From a virus, in the UHGV virus genome UHGV-1351068: a stretch of DNA of 64,000 nucleotides, one strand, 5' to 3'. Shown one piece after another: positions 28,696-38,989 of the stretch. Under the pieces are notes generated by a model. It was not told the DNA's origin, ran no database searches, and was given only the letters and a program-made list of their open reading frames with translations. Both the position numbers and the translations under genes were made by a program. Position 1 is the stretch's first letter. Each line of letters starts with the position of its first letter.

Positions 28696-28998
28696 TTAAT
28701 CTTCTATGATATCTGGGTCATGCCCAGCAGCAATAAGATTGGTTTTGAATGTTGGAATGTCATACTGCTTAACGTTATCCATAAAAATGACAGGATACCG
28801 AATAGCAAGCGATGGATAGCACCCGATGCGTTTAGCAAGTGACTCAATCAACGGACGGTCATAAACCGGTTGACCGTCTACCTCATTGATTACGTTATAG
28901 AACTCATACGGAAGTTGCAGCTTATCGAGCAAGTCACGAACTGCTTTACATCCAGGGCATCTCCAAACTTCTTCAGGGATGCCATAGATTTCTATCAT
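28696..28998 (-). CDS. nrdH: glutaredoxin-like NrdH
   Basis: 100 aa; CPGC redox motif near N-terminus; upstream of nrdG/nrdD. Confidence 0.75.
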   Translation of the reverse strand: MIEIYGIPEEVWRCPGCKAVRDLLDKLQLPYEFYNVINEVDGQPVYDRPLIESLAKRIGCYPSLAIRYPVIFMDNVKQYDIPTFKTNLIAAGHDPDIIED

Positions 28999-29207
28999 TT
29001 CATGACCTGTTGGAGTTTAGCAGTCAGAGTGTTAACTCGTTTCTGAAATTCTTCATTAGATAACTTTTCATCTTTCTTGGTAGGATTAATCCAATCTGCG
29101 ATGATAATAAGAACAATAAACGGAATTGCTACGAAAGCACCTGCCGTTAATGCAACCAAAGCGATAACGTTAGAAATAAATTTACGAATAGCATTAATAA
29201 ATTTCAT
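28995..29207 (-). CDS. small membrane protein (70 aa)
   Basis: one long hydrophobic helix. Confidence 0.4.
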   Translation of the reverse strand: MKFINAIRKFISNVIALVALTAGAFVAIPFIVLIIIADWINPTKKDEKLSNEEFQKRVNTLTAKLQQVMK

Positions 29208-29324
29208 AATTTTCCTTAAATAGTAAAGATGAACGCTGTCATAGCCAGAAATTCCGGTCCAAACAGTTCAGTAGCCATGTGGTTCAGGGTAAACATAATT
29301 TTGTAAGTCAGCATATCTATTTCC

Positions 29325-29795
29325 TCAATCGTGTGTCCAGGTAGAACCATTTCTTACCCAGAGTCTTTGGTTGTCAGAACCGCGCCAGTTTTTAGTAGTT
29401 GGCAGTGATTTCTCATATTTCCCATCAATTATAACATCGATGTGTTGTAGCAAATCTAAATCTTTGATATCTTCAAACTTATATCCTGTCCACATCCAGA
29501 TATCTTTCTCCGGAAATCTTGCTTTAACCCAAGAAACTAAATTTGAAATCTCTTCTCGGTTCTGTGGATAAAGTGGGTCACCACCGGTTAAGGTAAGGCC
29601 TTGGATATACGATTTGCTTAAGTGAGATGCAATTTCTTTAACGGTATTCATAGTGAATAGCTGTCCGTTACGAGCATTCCAAGTAGATTTATTATAACAC
29701 CCTTCACATTTATGCAAACACCCTGTGACAAAAAGAACGACCCTGCATCCAGGGCCATTCACAAAGTCAGAAGGGTAGATTCTGTCGAAATTCAT
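29325..29795 (-). CDS. nrdG: anaerobic RNR activating enzyme NrdG (radical SAM)
   Basis: 156 aa (T4 NrdG 156 aa); CLHKCEGCYN radical-SAM cluster motif. Confidence 0.9.
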   Translation of the reverse strand: MNFDRIYPSDFVNGPGCRVVLFVTGCLHKCEGCYNKSTWNARNGQLFTMNTVKEIASHLSKSYIQGLTLTGGDPLYPQNREEISNLVSWVKARFPEKDIWMWTGYKFEDIKDLDLLQHIDVIIDGKYEKSLPTTKNWRGSDNQRLWVRNGSTWTHD

Positions 29796-30000
29796 TGAAC
29801 CTTACCTCATTACGTGCTTCTACTTCTGCATCATATTTCCAGGGCTCATCAGTTTGAATAGCCCCAGCCGATAATCCACTTTCGGGGTCACGGGTTATAG
29901 CAATTCCAAGCGGATGCAGAACCTCTTTGTTGATTTTCCAAATCAATCCCCATTCGCTAAGTTGGTTCCAATCAACTTGCTTCATTGGTTTCTCTAACAT
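29767..30000 (-). CDS. hypothetical protein (77 aa)
   Basis: ORF between nrdD and nrdG. Confidence 0.4.
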   Translation of the reverse strand: MLEKPMKQVDWNQLSEWGLIWKINKEVLHPLGIAITRDPESGLSAGAIQTDEPWKYDAEVEARNEVRFNEFRQNLPF

Positions 30001-31810
30001 GTTTTACCCTATGCATAATTTCTTTGTTCTTACCAAGATTGAACCCACGCTCAGAAGGATTACCAAGATAGCCGCAAGTCCTACGAATTGTATTCATTTT
30101 CTTTGGATCAGTTTCACCGCAAATTGAACACGTGAATCCGTTTTCAGTAGGTGTCATCTCATGAGTAGAACCACAAGAAAGACATTTATCTACTGGCATA
30201 TTAACACCAAAATAATCCAACTTCTCGATAGCATAGTCCCATACCGCTTCAAGACCTTCAAGGTTGCGCTTCATGTCAGGAAGTTCAACATAAGAAATAT
30301 GACCACCTTTAGCAATGGAATGATATGGTGCTTCACGGTCAATCTTTTCAAAAGGCGACAGGTTTTCTTCTACTGACACATGGAAACTATTAGTGTACCA
30401 GCCTTTATCAGTTACGCCCTTAACATCACCAAACTTGGCTTGGTCAATCTTACAAAAACGATAGCAAAGACTTTCAGCCGGAGTAGAATACAAACTAAAG
30501 GCATAGCCGGTTTCTTCCGTCCACTTGTTTAGCTTAGTGTTAATGTACTTCAGGACGAGTTTACCACTTCCTTTAAAAGTAAGCATATCAAATTCGTGGA
30601 TGCCAATATATCCTAATGAAATTGAACTACGTCCATTTTTGAATAGCTCAAGAATTTCATCATCAGGTTTCATACGCACACCAAAAGCACCTTCCTGGTA
30701 AAGAATAGGAGCAACTGACGCAGTAACACCTTCAAGTGATTTAATTCTAGTTAAAAGAGCTTCTTTACAAATATCAAGACGTTCATCCAGTAGTTTGAAC
30801 AGTTTATTACTGTCATCCGAACTTTTATAATTTGCATCCAGAGCTATCCTAGGGAGGTTCAGTGTTACTACCCCTAGATTATTACGGCCATCAAGAACGG
30901 GTTTGCCAGAAGAGTCTCTCCAAGCACCAAGGAAACTTCTACAGCCCATTGGAGATACAGGAGTTTCTGAACCTGTAATTGCTCTATTATTTCTAGCACT
31001 GATGATATCAGGATACATGCGTTTAGCTGCGCATTCTAATGCAAGCTGCTTAATATCATAGTTCGGGTCTTCTTTACGTAGATTAATGCCTTCTTCTACA
31101 AACATCACAAGCTTTGGAAAAATTGGAGTAATTCCATCACGTCCTAATCCACGAATACGATTATCAAGAATAGCTCGTTGAATTAATTTTTCTTCCCATG
31201 ACGTGCCCATACCAAATGTGATAGTCACAAATGGAGTTTGGCCATTTGAACTGAACAAAGTATTCACTTCATATTCATACGCCTGGAAAGCATCAAATAC
31301 GTCCTTTTCTGTTTTTGAAATAGCATAATCTTTTACTAATGCTACTTGATATTTGCGAGCATCACGTACGTGCTTAGCGAATGTCTTCTCTACATAAGGA
31401 GCCAGAACTAAATCGACATTAGCAAATGTAGTTCCACCATATTGGTGAGATGCTACCTGTGCAGTGATTTGCGCCATAATAGCAGTAGCTACTCCAATAC
31501 TCTTAGGAGTTTCAATTTGAGCGTTACCAAGTTTAAAGCCATTCTGCAACATACCTTTCAAATCTACCAAACAGCAGTTGGTGAAAGGCAAAGCTGGACT
31601 GTAGTCCATATCATGAAAATGGATAACACCTTCTTTGTGTGCTTCCATTACAGAGAAAGGAATGACCTGATTGGCGATATGTTTAGATACGATACCAGCC
31701 ATCAGGTCACGTTGGGTAGGAAAAACACGAGAATCTTTGTTAGCATTCTCGTTTAAGAGGTCCTTGTTGGTTTTATTAATAAGTCCCTGGATTTCTAATT
31801 CGATATTCAT
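29972..31810 (-). CDS. nrdD: anaerobic ribonucleotide reductase NrdD (glycyl radical enzyme), uninterrupted
   Basis: 612 aa continuous ORF; C-terminal Zn-ribbon CLSCGS...CSICG and glycyl radical region RTCGY; no intron, unlike T4 nrdD. Confidence 0.92.
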   Translation of the reverse strand: MNIELEIQGLINKTNKDLLNENANKDSRVFPTQRDLMAGIVSKHIANQVIPFSVMEAHKEGVIHFHDMDYSPALPFTNCCLVDLKGMLQNGFKLGNAQIETPKSIGVATAIMAQITAQVASHQYGGTTFANVDLVLAPYVEKTFAKHVRDARKYQVALVKDYAISKTEKDVFDAFQAYEYEVNTLFSSNGQTPFVTITFGMGTSWEEKLIQRAILDNRIRGLGRDGITPIFPKLVMFVEEGINLRKEDPNYDIKQLALECAAKRMYPDIISARNNRAITGSETPVSPMGCRSFLGAWRDSSGKPVLDGRNNLGVVTLNLPRIALDANYKSSDDSNKLFKLLDERLDICKEALLTRIKSLEGVTASVAPILYQEGAFGVRMKPDDEILELFKNGRSSISLGYIGIHEFDMLTFKGSGKLVLKYINTKLNKWTEETGYAFSLYSTPAESLCYRFCKIDQAKFGDVKGVTDKGWYTNSFHVSVEENLSPFEKIDREAPYHSIAKGGHISYVELPDMKRNLEGLEAVWDYAIEKLDYFGVNMPVDKCLSCGSTHEMTPTENGFTCSICGETDPKKMNTIRRTCGYLGNPSERGFNLGKNKEIMHRVKHVRETNEAS

Positions 31811-32280
31811 TTTAAACTCTTACGAAGCTGCTTCTTGTATTTTGAAGCAAGTTGTGATTTTCCATCACTTTCCTCGTATGTAAACCCATGCAATTCCATT
31901 TCAGCAATCATCTCAGGTTTACCAAGACGTGAAAAGCGTTTAGCCATATCGGCAACATATTGCGGGTGAATATTACTGTCTTTACGATTCTGGCGGAGAT
32001 AGACCAGCAAATTCTCTAACCATTCGAGGTAGTCAATATCTTGACCTTTTAAACCAGAGCGGTTGAACTTATGCTTCATTTGGCCTTCTGCCGCATTACA
32101 CAGGTTACAGAGCAAGCCTCTGACCTTTCCTGCATTGTCACCTTCTAACGCATGGTCATGGTCGAGGTGGTTCTTTTGAATGTCCTCATCTAAAGGACGT
32201 TTGCAGCAAGGACATAATCCGTTCTGTGCCTGATATAGTTTTTCTTTTTCTTCTTTATATAACTTACCGGTTAATAACAT
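31807..32280 (-). CDS. 49: endonuclease VII (Holliday junction resolvase) gp49
   Basis: 157 aa; NHLDHDH...GKVRGLLCNLCNAAEGQMKHKFNRSGLKGQ closely matches the T4 endo VII sequence as recalled; late promoter at 32308-32315. Confidence 0.95.
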   Translation of the reverse strand: MLLTGKLYKEEKEKLYQAQNGLCPCCKRPLDEDIQKNHLDHDHALEGDNAGKVRGLLCNLCNAAEGQMKHKFNRSGLKGQDIDYLEWLENLLVYLRQNRKDSNIHPQYVADMAKRFSRLGKPEMIAEMELHGFTYEESDGKSQLASKYKKQLRKSLK

Positions 32281-32307
32281 ACTCTTACCTCAGCGATTAG
32301 ATAAGAG

Positions 32308-32315
32308 TATTTATA
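32308..32315 (-). promoter_or_regulatory. late promoter TATAAATA (gene 49)
   Basis: exact octamer 28 nt upstream of gp49 ATG. Confidence 0.65.
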
Positions 32316-32316
32316 G

Positions 32317-32637
32317 CTAAATTAACGAGTAACTACTATAGATGTTATGATTAGACTCTTTTATGCAGAAAGAAGTACAGAAAGCATAGATGCCTTCATA
32401 ATCATCCGCATTGAACTCAATATATGAATTAGTTTCTTTGTGAATAATACTCATTTTTGGCCAAGCCATTCCACCGATGTCATCGTCATAATATCCATTA
32501 CTGAATTTAATAATGTCACCAATTTTATATCCATGACTACGTAAGATTTCCCTTGCAATACGATGAATATCACAAAAATCCAAAATTTTTACTGTAATAG
32601 TTTTGGTTACGCATGATTTAGACATATTGAACTCCAA
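32317..32637 (-). CDS. hypothetical protein (106 aa)
   Basis: ORF. Confidence 0.45.
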   Translation of the reverse strand: MEFNMSKSCVTKTITVKILDFCDIHRIAREILRSHGYKIGDIIKFSNGYYDDDIGGMAWPKMSIIHKETNSYIEFNADDYEGIYAFCTSFCIKESNHNIYSSYSLI

Positions 32638-33070
32638 GACGAGTTTCCAAGGCGACGATATAATCAGCTGCTTTCTGCATTAAATCGTATTCTTCAGAAT
32701 CACAATTTTCTTGACCTGCGAAAGCATAAAGAGCTTTGGTAATTGGAACAATTTTTCCATGAAAATGGTCGAGTTTAATTTCAGAAATATTTGGAACGTC
32801 TTCACCTTGGCCGATTTCTTTAATTTGGTGCATGGTATCTTCACTATAGAAGCACCAGAACCAAGATTCACCGAATGGAGTTGGGTCATTAATTGTGATG
32901 ATTTTATTTGTGAGCAAATCAATTACTGCTGTAATGCCACATGTTTCAAGGTCATCTTCATTAACTGCATTGATAACCTGAAATTTAAATCCAGGAACAA
33001 ACTGGGGAAATTGTTCAGTTAATTCATCATCATTTTCTATAACTTCAAACTGCTTACCAATAAGTTCCAT
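32618..33070 (-). CDS. hypothetical protein (150 aa), pin-position
   Basis: ORF in position of T4 pin/49.x; not verified. Confidence 0.4.
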   Translation of the reverse strand: MELIGKQFEVIENDDELTEQFPQFVPGFKFQVINAVNEDDLETCGITAVIDLLTNKIITINDPTPFGESWFWCFYSEDTMHQIKEIGQGEDVPNISEIKLDHFHGKIVPITKALYAFAGQENCDSEEYDLMQKAADYIVALETRLGVQYV

Positions 33071-33190
33071 TCACTTTGTCCTCATAATCAAGTAGTTCGT
33101 TAATGGTAGGTTCAGAAGTATTATAATCTTCTTCAGGAATAGCATCTTCCTCTGGCTCGACAGTTTCCCATCGAGCCGTGTACCAAGGTT

Positions 33191-33613
33191 TTATGCCTTT
33201 GCTGCTTTGCATGGTGCCGGAGCGGAATCATTAACAGAATCGTATTCAATACGCCATTCAACTTCAGTACGAGTAACTACTTTCTCGTGACGAGTGACGA
33301 TATCTACTTCAGGAGGATTATAATACCAATCGGTATGATATGAACCTGAACGAGACTCTGATACCATGAAATGGACGCCGCGAGCTGGGTAATACCAAAT
33401 CTGAAAACGGCTTTGATACTTATGGTCCTGTGTCCATTCATCATCTTCTACTAAAACAAAGATTTCTTCCTCTTCATCATCACCGTTCGGTGGATATTCG
33501 AAATCATAGTTGTCGTCCCATTCGCCAGTGACACCAGCGATATGCTTGATTTCTTTTACTAATTCAGCGTTAGTCATTTTAACCTCGTAGTTTTTGTAGG
33601 TCTTCATCATCAA
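33191..33613 (-). CDS. hypothetical acidic protein (140 aa)
   Basis: ORF. Confidence 0.45.
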   Translation of the reverse strand: MMMKTYKNYEVKMTNAELVKEIKHIAGVTGEWDDNYDFEYPPNGDDEEEEIFVLVEDDEWTQDHKYQSRFQIWYYPARGVHFMVSESRSGSYHTDWYYNPPEVDIVTRHEKVVTRTEVEWRIEYDSVNDSAPAPCKAAKA

Positions 33614-33745
33614 TCCAGCTTTCTAAACCAGACGGAAGCGCACATTCAATTTCCCACAACAGTTCTTCAATAGCTTGCAAGCGGATGAACTCTTCTGCTG
33701 AAATTGTTACCGTGCACGGAGCTTTTAAATCACCAATATCATAAC

Positions 33746-34054
33746 TCATAATTCTTCCTCATGCCAAGAACAGTCAACTTCAAAATCTGGTCCGAGCTCT
33801 TCATCTTCCCAACGCCAAGACCCTAATGGATTACCAGCATCGTAATCAACTTCAAGACCAATATAACTCCACTGAACACCATGAATGATATTTCCCTGCT
33901 TTACAAAGAATTCGCCCCATTGGTGTGTGAAAGCATAATGTGGATCAGAGATAGCTCTTTCAATCATTGCTTCACGAAGATTACGTTCTAAATCTACTTG
34001 GTCGCCTTCAGGAAAAACAAACTCAATTGGGTATTTCATAATTTCACCATACAC
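33746..34054 (-). CDS. hypothetical protein (102 aa)
   Basis: ORF. Confidence 0.45.
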   Translation of the reverse strand: MYGEIMKYPIEFVFPEGDQVDLERNLREAMIERAISDPHYAFTHQWGEFFVKQGNIIHGVQWSYIGLEVDYDAGNPLGSWRWEDEELGPDFEVDCSWHEEEL

Positions 34055-34281
34055 TCACCGTATTTCCATTTAGACATAACCTTAACTCCATTAGAGTAAG
34101 TTACCTCTACCTTTGCTCGATGATTTTTGATTTGTTTAATCTCACCGGTTTCTAATCCACCATAGCCATAATAAAGGGCTACAATATCACCCTCCCGAAG
34201 GAGGGTTCCACGATAATCATGCATTGAATTTGAATTTACGGAGTTCATCAAAACCGCCGATATGTGTACCGTCAGGAGCAA
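34036..34281 (-). CDS. hypothetical protein (81 aa)
   Basis: ORF. Confidence 0.4.
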   Translation of the reverse strand: MLLTVHISAVLMNSVNSNSMHDYRGTLLREGDIVALYYGYGGLETGEIKQIKNHRAKVEVTYSNGVKVMSKWKYGECMVKL

Positions 34282-34486
34282 AAATCTGAGGCATAGTTAA
34301 TCCAACTTGCGATTCACGTCCTAAACGGCGAAGCAAATCACTGATAACCACTTCATCAAATACACCTTTTTCTGGCATTACATTGATGAATGCATACTCT
34401 TGTTTCTTAACATCGAGCAGACGCTTTGCATTATCGCAAAATACACACTTATGAATGCTGCTGTCGTAACCAAAAACCGTGAACAT
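34217..34486 (-). CDS. nrdC: phage thioredoxin/glutaredoxin NrdC
   Basis: 89 aa; CVFCDNAKRLL matches T4 NrdC CVYCDNAKRLL. Confidence 0.85.
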   Translation of the reverse strand: MFTVFGYDSSIHKCVFCDNAKRLLDVKKQEYAFINVMPEKGVFDEVVISDLLRRLGRESQVGLTMPQIFAPDGTHIGGFDELRKFKFNA

Positions 34487-34739
34487 CTTCTTCTATTTCC
34501 TTAAATACTTGAGCTTGAACTGTTTTCCAATCTGGGTGGCGTACTGCTTTAACGTAATTTGTCATACCAAGACGCTTCATTACTTCGCCATCAATAGCTG
34601 CTTGAGCAAAATTTCTTCCGCGGGTCATAGCTCCTTTGAGTTTAGAACTATCAACTATTTGACCAGTCTCATTATAATAAACCGAATACATGAGTAGCAT
34701 TACTCGTTCGGCTTCTTCCATATATCGTTTACGAGCCAT
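34449..34739 (-). CDS. hypothetical protein (96 aa), nrdC.x
   Basis: ORF. Confidence 0.4.
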   Translation of the reverse strand: MARKRYMEEAERVMLLMYSVYYNETGQIVDSSKLKGAMTRGRNFAQAAIDGEVMKRLGMTNYVKAVRHPDWKTVQAQVFKEIEEDVHGFWLRQQHS

Positions 34740-34894
34740 TTTCAGCCTTAGTAGTTATAACTAATGTTTTACCATCTAACGCATCGAGAATATCTTTGAT
34801 GCAATTATCTGGCATTGGTTGAACGCTAGCTAATTGCTTGGCAATATCATCAGGAATTCCCATACGTGGTATATTTAATTTGCTAAAATCAATT

Positions 34895-35407
34895 TTATCC
34901 ATTAGCAGTTACCGGGAAGTGTTCTGCCAATTTAGCAGCAATGGCAGCGTTAATTTGATCAGCGAAATTTTTATTCATTGCATTAACAATGATTTCTTGA
35001 ATTCGGAGATTAGCTCTTTCAATAGACATCTTAATACGACCTTCAGCTTGCTTAACAGCGTCATCAATAGTTTGACGAACCATATCATCAATAGCATTTT
35101 TAGCGCATGATTGGGCAGCGTTACGCATCATCTGTGACATTTCTTCTTTAGCAGACATATCATTCCAACCGCGAGTATGGAACATCTGCTGAACTTGCTT
35201 CTTAACTTCTGCTCGGACATCTGGAATAGTCACAGCAGCAATATTAACTTCAGATTGTACTGCTTGCTTCAGCTTATTCTGTGAATCTTTTAACACCATT
35301 TCTTTAACGATGTTATTGATTACTGACTGTTGCAGTTGAGCACGGGCTGCTGTACCTTCTGGGAATAACTGGCGTACTGCATAAGTATCTAATTTAATGT
35401 CAATCAT
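34895..35407 (-). CDS. hypothetical coiled-coil protein (170 aa)
   Basis: ORF. Confidence 0.45.
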   Translation of the reverse strand: MIDIKLDTYAVRQLFPEGTAARAQLQQSVINNIVKEMVLKDSQNKLKQAVQSEVNIAAVTIPDVRAEVKKQVQQMFHTRGWNDMSAKEEMSQMMRNAAQSCAKNAIDDMVRQTIDDAVKQAEGRIKMSIERANLRIQEIIVNAMNKNFADQINAAIAAKLAEHFPVTANG

Positions 35408-35736
35408 TTTACCTTTTTCACTCCAGGAATATTAGAGATAGTTTCAAATACTTCGTCAAAGTTATCTTTATCAACAGTGACTACCATAGTGCGAGCGGTC
35501 TGTTTCTTTTTCCAACGTTTAAAGAAAGTTGCAAGACTCAAATCATGGGAAGTGAAGAAATCATCGGTTTTGTAAACATATCCGCTTTCAATTTTTACTA
35601 CAGCATCAGGTGAAGGGTCTTCATATTCTTCTACTTCAACATCATCAAAGAGAATTAAAGTGTCATCATGATAATAGCCTTCCCAGAAGGCTTCATCGTT
35701 ATAAAATTCTTTCCAAAGCGCGCCAGTTGTTTTCAT
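35404..35736 (-). CDS. hypothetical protein (110 aa)
   Basis: ORF, overlapping start/stop. Confidence 0.45.
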   Translation of the reverse strand: MKTTGALWKEFYNDEAFWEGYYHDDTLILFDDVEVEEYEDPSPDAVVKIESGYVYKTDDFFTSHDLSLATFFKRWKKKQTARTMVVTVDKDNFDEVFETISNIPGVKKVK

Positions 35737-36047
35737 TTAATCACCTTCTTCCAAGCTTCGTGAGCAGCGCATGCTAATACTTCATCATCAGTCAAATTGA
35801 ACTTGCCTTCATTACGACGAGCAATCATTTCATTGAATTCAGTATCAGTTCTAAGCATCATGTTAAGAACTGTAAAATCCATTGTCGCTCGAAGATATTC
35901 TTTAAGCTGCATAGGGTCGATGCCACTTTCGTATGCGTCAAGAATCATATCTGCAATGATGTTATCAAAGTTTTTGTCTTTTATGAGGTTATTAGCATAC
36001 TCGACAAAAAACTTAGTATTAGCACCAGTAATAGTTTTAGTAATCAT
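35733..36047 (-). CDS. hypothetical protein (104 aa)
   Basis: ORF. Confidence 0.45.
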   Translation of the reverse strand: MITKTITGANTKFFVEYANNLIKDKNFDNIIADMILDAYESGIDPMQLKEYLRATMDFTVLNMMLRTDTEFNEMIARRNEGKFNLTDDEVLACAAHEAWKKVIK

Positions 36048-36304
36048 TTTAATTTTCTCTCAAATTTATGCTTACAAGTCCGACATTTCATTTTCAGAAT
36101 ATCGGTTGTCCAATCGACAAGCTGTACTTGAATACTACCACATTTTTCGCAAGGCACAACTTGTTTAGCTGCAGCTTCTCGACGGTCTACCATTTCAAGA
36201 CAGGCATCCCAGTCAATTTTAAATTCAGGTACAGGTGGATACTCAAACTCAATTTCAAGGTCGTTATCATCAACGACCATGTCTTCTTTTAATTGATTTT
36301 TCAC
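36044..36304 (-). CDS. zinc-ribbon protein (86 aa)
   Basis: CEKCGS...CRTCKHKF. Confidence 0.45.
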   Translation of the reverse strand: MKNQLKEDMVVDDNDLEIEFEYPPVPEFKIDWDACLEMVDRREAAAKQVVPCEKCGSIQVQLVDWTTDILKMKCRTCKHKFERKLK

Positions 36305-37275
36305 AGTAAGCTCCGGGCATACTCGAGAGATTCATACCGCTCTTTGTACTCGTTAAGCGATTTGACTAAATCTGCCATCATCAATTCATGCTTAGCCAAT
36401 TCAGCTTCTTTTGTGTCAATAAATCGCTTAACCGATTCCATTTCGGCAGTAATACTATTCTTAGCGATTTCAATATGATTTACTGGTGTTAACGGAAGAG
36501 GCTTAACAACATTGAGATACATATGTGCTACATCTTCATCAATAACTGGGGTGGTGCTCAATGTTTTAGGAAAAATCTTAAATGGGTCCAAATGCACTTC
36601 AAGAACAGATGAGTTTTCACCCTGCTGTTTACAGCATGATTTTTTAACTACATCCATATGCTCTAAAGCAGTACGAACTTGCGCTAAAAGCGCCCGGGCC
36701 GGATACTTTCCGCTGGACAAATGGCTATTAATATGAATTCGTACAGTTACATTGTCAAGCTCTTCTGCACGAATAAATGAAACCCCTTTAGGATTTCTGG
36801 AAGTAGTAGAAGATACCTGGTATTTCACACGGTCATCGCCTTTAAGTAAGCAAATTGAACGATTAAGAATACGACGCAGGTTTGCATTAAATTCAGAGCA
36901 GAAGATTTGAGCAGCGCTGCGGTCATGTCTTTCTTCAGTTTTAAACGCTCCTGCCGCAAAATTATAACGCTGACCATAAATTTTAGCATTGCCGATAGCA
37001 AACTTTTTGAGCTGCTTCTCTGCTGACATTGCGCCTAACCAGCGAGAACGACGAATGTTTTCTACAACAAAACTGACATAGTTGGCTTCGTGTGCTGCCA
37101 TGCTATTTAGCACACGTCGAGCTACGTTACCAGCAATTGCTACATTATAAGCAGCTGGGTTTAAATCATGCAAAGCTGCCAAAACCTTTACGTGCTTCTC
37201 ACGCTTTGACAACCCCTTTCCATTATGCTTATCAAATTCACCGGCTACAAACATCTTTAATTCATTCTTATTCAT
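36301..37275 (-). CDS. hypothetical protein (324 aa), nrdC.10/11-like position
   Basis: large ORF, no motif recognised. Confidence 0.5.
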   Translation of the reverse strand: MNKNELKMFVAGEFDKHNGKGLSKREKHVKVLAALHDLNPAAYNVAIAGNVARRVLNSMAAHEANYVSFVVENIRRSRWLGAMSAEKQLKKFAIGNAKIYGQRYNFAAGAFKTEERHDRSAAQIFCSEFNANLRRILNRSICLLKGDDRVKYQVSSTTSRNPKGVSFIRAEELDNVTVRIHINSHLSSGKYPARALLAQVRTALEHMDVVKKSCCKQQGENSSVLEVHLDPFKIFPKTLSTTPVIDEDVAHMYLNVVKPLPLTPVNHIEIAKNSITAEMESVKRFIDTKEAELAKHELMMADLVKSLNEYKERYESLEYARSLL

Positions 37276-37345
37276 TATCTTTTCCTCTATTTTGGACTGG
37301 GCTCAAAGAGTATCTCAAAATCTCCCTGAACCCATTATACAACAA

Positions 37346-38134
37346 TTATTCATCAAGCATAATAACTTTGCTTGGACGCTTATAGAAAGCATGAGTTTTA
37401 TCATCTTTCGCTAATTCAAATGTAGCAGTAAACTGTACTTTGCCTCTGTATTCAAACGGAATACTTTTTGGAAGGGAGCCGTAAACCGTAGCTCCATTCT
37501 CAAGTACAACCATCATCTTACATTGTACGCCGTAATAGTCTTCATAAACTTTTACTGACGTTACGGTACCAGAGACAGTCACTCGTCCTTCTGGTGCATC
37601 CCCTTTATTCTTATTCAGCTCATTGAATATATTATCAAAGACCTGTTTTGAATGTTCCTGGATAGCCTCTAAGATGCTCTTATGGGCTCTAACTTCTGCC
37701 ATAACAACATCCGTTCCGTCTTGCAATTTCCACTCTTTATATGGAATGCGTACTTCAAGAGGATAACCATACTCGCGAAGTTCTTTATACTCTTCTTGAG
37801 TTAAGCGGAGTTTCCACCAACCGTGGTCACCTGTATACTCAGACTTATCCAGTGAATCAAATTCTGTAACATACGGCAAGTAACTGCCCGCGTGATAAGC
37901 TTCAACTTCACCTAATTCATTTTCCCAAAGATAACCATCAAAGGGAGCATGAGGGCGATCATCTTTGCCCCAAGTAGGAGCTACAACTTTATCAAAGTAT
38001 TCACGACCGAAGCGGGTCTTCGCCCATCCAGCATTCAACTCCTCGGCGCGTTTTTCAACTTTCGCTCGGTGTGCTTGGCGGGCTACACGATTTTCTTCAA
38101 CAAGTGCAGAGATAATCTCGGTTAAAGTTTTCAT
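37346..38134 (-). CDS. hypothetical protein (about 262 aa)
   Basis: ORF; start moved to internal Met MKTLTEI (38134) since an early-promoter -10 overlaps the longer start. Confidence 0.45.
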   Translation of the reverse strand: MKTLTEIISALVEENRVARQAHRAKVEKRAEELNAGWAKTRFGREYFDKVVAPTWGKDDRPHAPFDGYLWENELGEVEAYHAGSYLPYVTEFDSLDKSEYTGDHGWWKLRLTQEEYKELREYGYPLEVRIPYKEWKLQDGTDVVMAEVRAHKSILEAIQEHSKQVFDNIFNELNKNKGDAPEGRVTVSGTVTSVKVYEDYYGVQCKMMVVLENGATVYGSLPKSIPFEYRGKVQFTATFELAKDDKTHAFYKRPSKVIMLDE

Positions 38135-38161
38135 TTTATTCTCCAGTTTGGTTGACGAGAC

Positions 38162-38192
38162 CATCTTATCAACAGCCTCGCCGAAAGTAAAC
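38162..38192 (-). promoter_or_regulatory. early promoter (family variant)
   Basis: AAAGTAGTTTAC -N17- ATAAGATG. Confidence 0.4.
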
Positions 38193-38458
38193 TACTTTGT
38201 GAAAAATTTTCTCCAAAGCAGAACTGCGTCTCTACGAGATACTTCTACTGCTCCTAGAGCAACTGCTTGCTTGCGACGAACATCGCGCAAATCATAGTGT
38301 GGAACTCGCTTATCCTGGAACCAAGAACGTTTCATTCCGATAGTTTCTGCCATAGCATGCAACTCATCAAGGTTGTCGCTAAACATATGGCAGTTCTTTA
38401 CTTGATGACCTCTCATTTTCCAACCATGATTCATCAAGACATCTACGTATACCGTCAT
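38192..38458 (-). CDS. hypothetical protein (88 aa)
   Basis: ORF. Confidence 0.4.
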   Translation of the reverse strand: MTVYVDVLMNHGWKMRGHQVKNCHMFSDNLDELHAMAETIGMKRSWFQDKRVPHYDLRDVRRKQAVALGAVEVSRRDAVLLWRKFFTK

Positions 38459-38645
38459 TTCTGATTCTCGATGTAAGTTTCAATAATGAACTGAGCTAAA
38501 CACAATAAATTATCTTCTGAAGGAGAATCTGCTAAATTCTCAACCATTTCTGAAATAGTTCCAAAAGCTTCTTCAGTATTGAACATTTCTTGAAGTTCGT
38601 TCCAAGTAGGTGCTTTCATTTCAATCTCCTCATTAGTTAACGAAG

Positions 38646-38677
38646 CTATCTTATCATGGCTTTTCTAAGATGTAAAC
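38646..38677 (-). promoter_or_regulatory. early promoter (family variant)
   Basis: GTTTAC -N18- TAAGATAG. Confidence 0.45.
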
Positions 38678-38683
38678 AACAAA

Positions 38684-38699
38684 AGGGCCCGAAGGCCCT
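38684..38699 (-). terminator. UUCG hairpin
   Basis: AGGGCC-TTCG-GGCCCT. Confidence 0.5.
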
Positions 38700-38989
38700 T
38701 AAAAAGATCGGAAATCACTGTTAAACCATGGCGACTGGTGTTGTCGCCGCTTAAGCAATTTCAGTTGGTATTTCCTATTGTCTTCTATAATCATCTTAGA
38801 GGCTTTTAGCTCTTCAGCCAATGAGACCTGTTTACGGTCCATCAAGATGAGGTTCTGGGTCTTCTGGGCAAACGTCTGAATACCTTTGAGACATTCCACA
38901 GATTCCTCCATCCCTCGTTTATACTTGGTTCGGGCAGCATTTAACTGCCCTTCATAATACGCATGTATAGACACTATAGTACTAAACAC
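38699..38989 (-). CDS. hypothetical protein (96 aa)
   Basis: ORF. Confidence 0.4.
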   Translation of the reverse strand: MFSTIVSIHAYYEGQLNAARTKYKRGMEESVECLKGIQTFAQKTQNLILMDRKQVSLAEELKASKMIIEDNRKYQLKLLKRRQHQSPWFNSDFRSF

